Shown in pieces: positions 62,959-64,000 of a DNA stretch of 64,000 bases. Source of the stretch: Stegostoma tigrinum (lineage: Eukaryota); NCBI RefSeq assembly GCF_030684315.1, contig NC_081365.1:32081394-32145393 (forward strand), read 5' to 3'. The translations under genes and the position numbers were made by a program. The notes under the pieces were generated by a model, which had not been told where the DNA came from, ran no database searches, and saw only the letters and a list, made by a program, of their open reading frames with translations. The stretch's first letter is position 1, and each line of letters begins with the position of its first letter.

Positions 62959-63804
62959 GTAAGTAGCCACATTTTTCAGATTTAAATCTAACTTTATTTT
63001 AATCCCAAATTGTTTTCTGTAGGTCGTACCTTTGAAATGTTGTACTGTTGTTGGTAATCTGCTCCTCTGTCAGATTGCCTCCTGTTTTTGATTTCCGTTC
63101 CCATAGCGCTTGTTGGCACTTCTGTCACCTCCACCAGATTCAGCCCGTTAAATCTGTTACTGTCTCTGTAGACGCAGCCAAAACCTCCTGACTATTTCTG
63201 GCATTTTCTGTTTTTATTTCACATTTCCAATATCTGCTATAGTTTGGTCTTGTAAAGTATAACTACCTTCATATAGTTCCACTCCTATGTATCTGATCTT
63301 AGTCACACAATCTCTTGTCTTTAAACCCCGTATGACATTCCCCTTCCCTGTCTCTTTCACCTCTTCAATCCAACTTCTTCGACCACCGAGCTCACCTTTC
63401 CTCTGATCCTAGCTTGTTCATTTTCTCTTTCTTTTCTCACTTTTGAAAGTTTTGGCTTCAACTGCTAAGCCCCAATATTTGTCATGTCTTTTATAGAGTC
63501 CTCCAATTTACACTTCTTCATTTAAGGCACTCCTTATAACTTATTTCCTTGAATAAGCTCTAATGACCTGTCCTAATTCCATTTCTTTTGAAGTGGCATT
63601 CTTTATTCTTTGCATTTCTGCAAAATATCTTCAAGCACTGTGAGATGTTAGAGTGTAGTTTCAATATTAAAAGCAACTGAATGACTTGCTCGGTCACTCC
63701 AAAGGGCATTAATTACTCTTGCTATTCAGAAAGCCCAGAAATGTGCTTCAGACATAATTAAATCAATGCATTTTGAGGTGGGTGAGGTAGCAGTTATATA
63801 TGAA

Positions 63805-64000
63805 CAAGGAGTAAGAATAGGCCACTCAGCCCTTTGAGCCTGCTCCGTCATTCAGTGAGATCACCGCTGATCTGATTTTAACCTCAACTCTGCACTTCTG
63901 CATACCCCTGACAATCTTTCACCCTCTTGGTAATCGAGAATCTATCAATCTCTGCCTTAAAAATATTTAAAGATTCTGCATCCACTGCCTTTTGAAGAAG
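63805..64000 (-). mobile_element. CR1 3' end, continues past the window
   Basis: Reverse complement of the CR1 3' UTR seen at 41000-41200 and 54830-55060. Confidence 0.75.

Overview
Repeat-rich, AT-rich vertebrate genomic DNA. The repeat set (HE1-type V-SINEs, abundant CR1, Penelope-derived short repeats) points to a cartilaginous fish, probably a shark; this is inference. One host gene can be assembled on the + strand from four phase-1 exons: leader 44756-44819, Ig V 55736-56095, Ig C1 60246-60551 and transmembrane 62854-62958. It encodes a non-rearranging type I IgSF receptor. Its V domain is germline VJ-joined (GxGT) with CD28/CTLA4/CD28H-like features (extra Cys pair, EIPPP loop), and it is followed by an antigen-receptor/MHC-type C1-set domain. 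The cytoplasmic tail is unresolved and may lie beyond the window. Most of the rest is transposon debris: CR1, L2 and RTE LINEs, two Harbinger transposase relics, a solo LTR with a 4-bp TSD, two SINE families, a CpG-decayed tRNA-Pro, and many Penelope-like insertions. The Penelope copies carry minimal hammerhead ribozyme cores, often as inverted pairs with 13-15 bp TSDs. Several long palindromes are also present. Transposon boundaries without a TSD are approximate.
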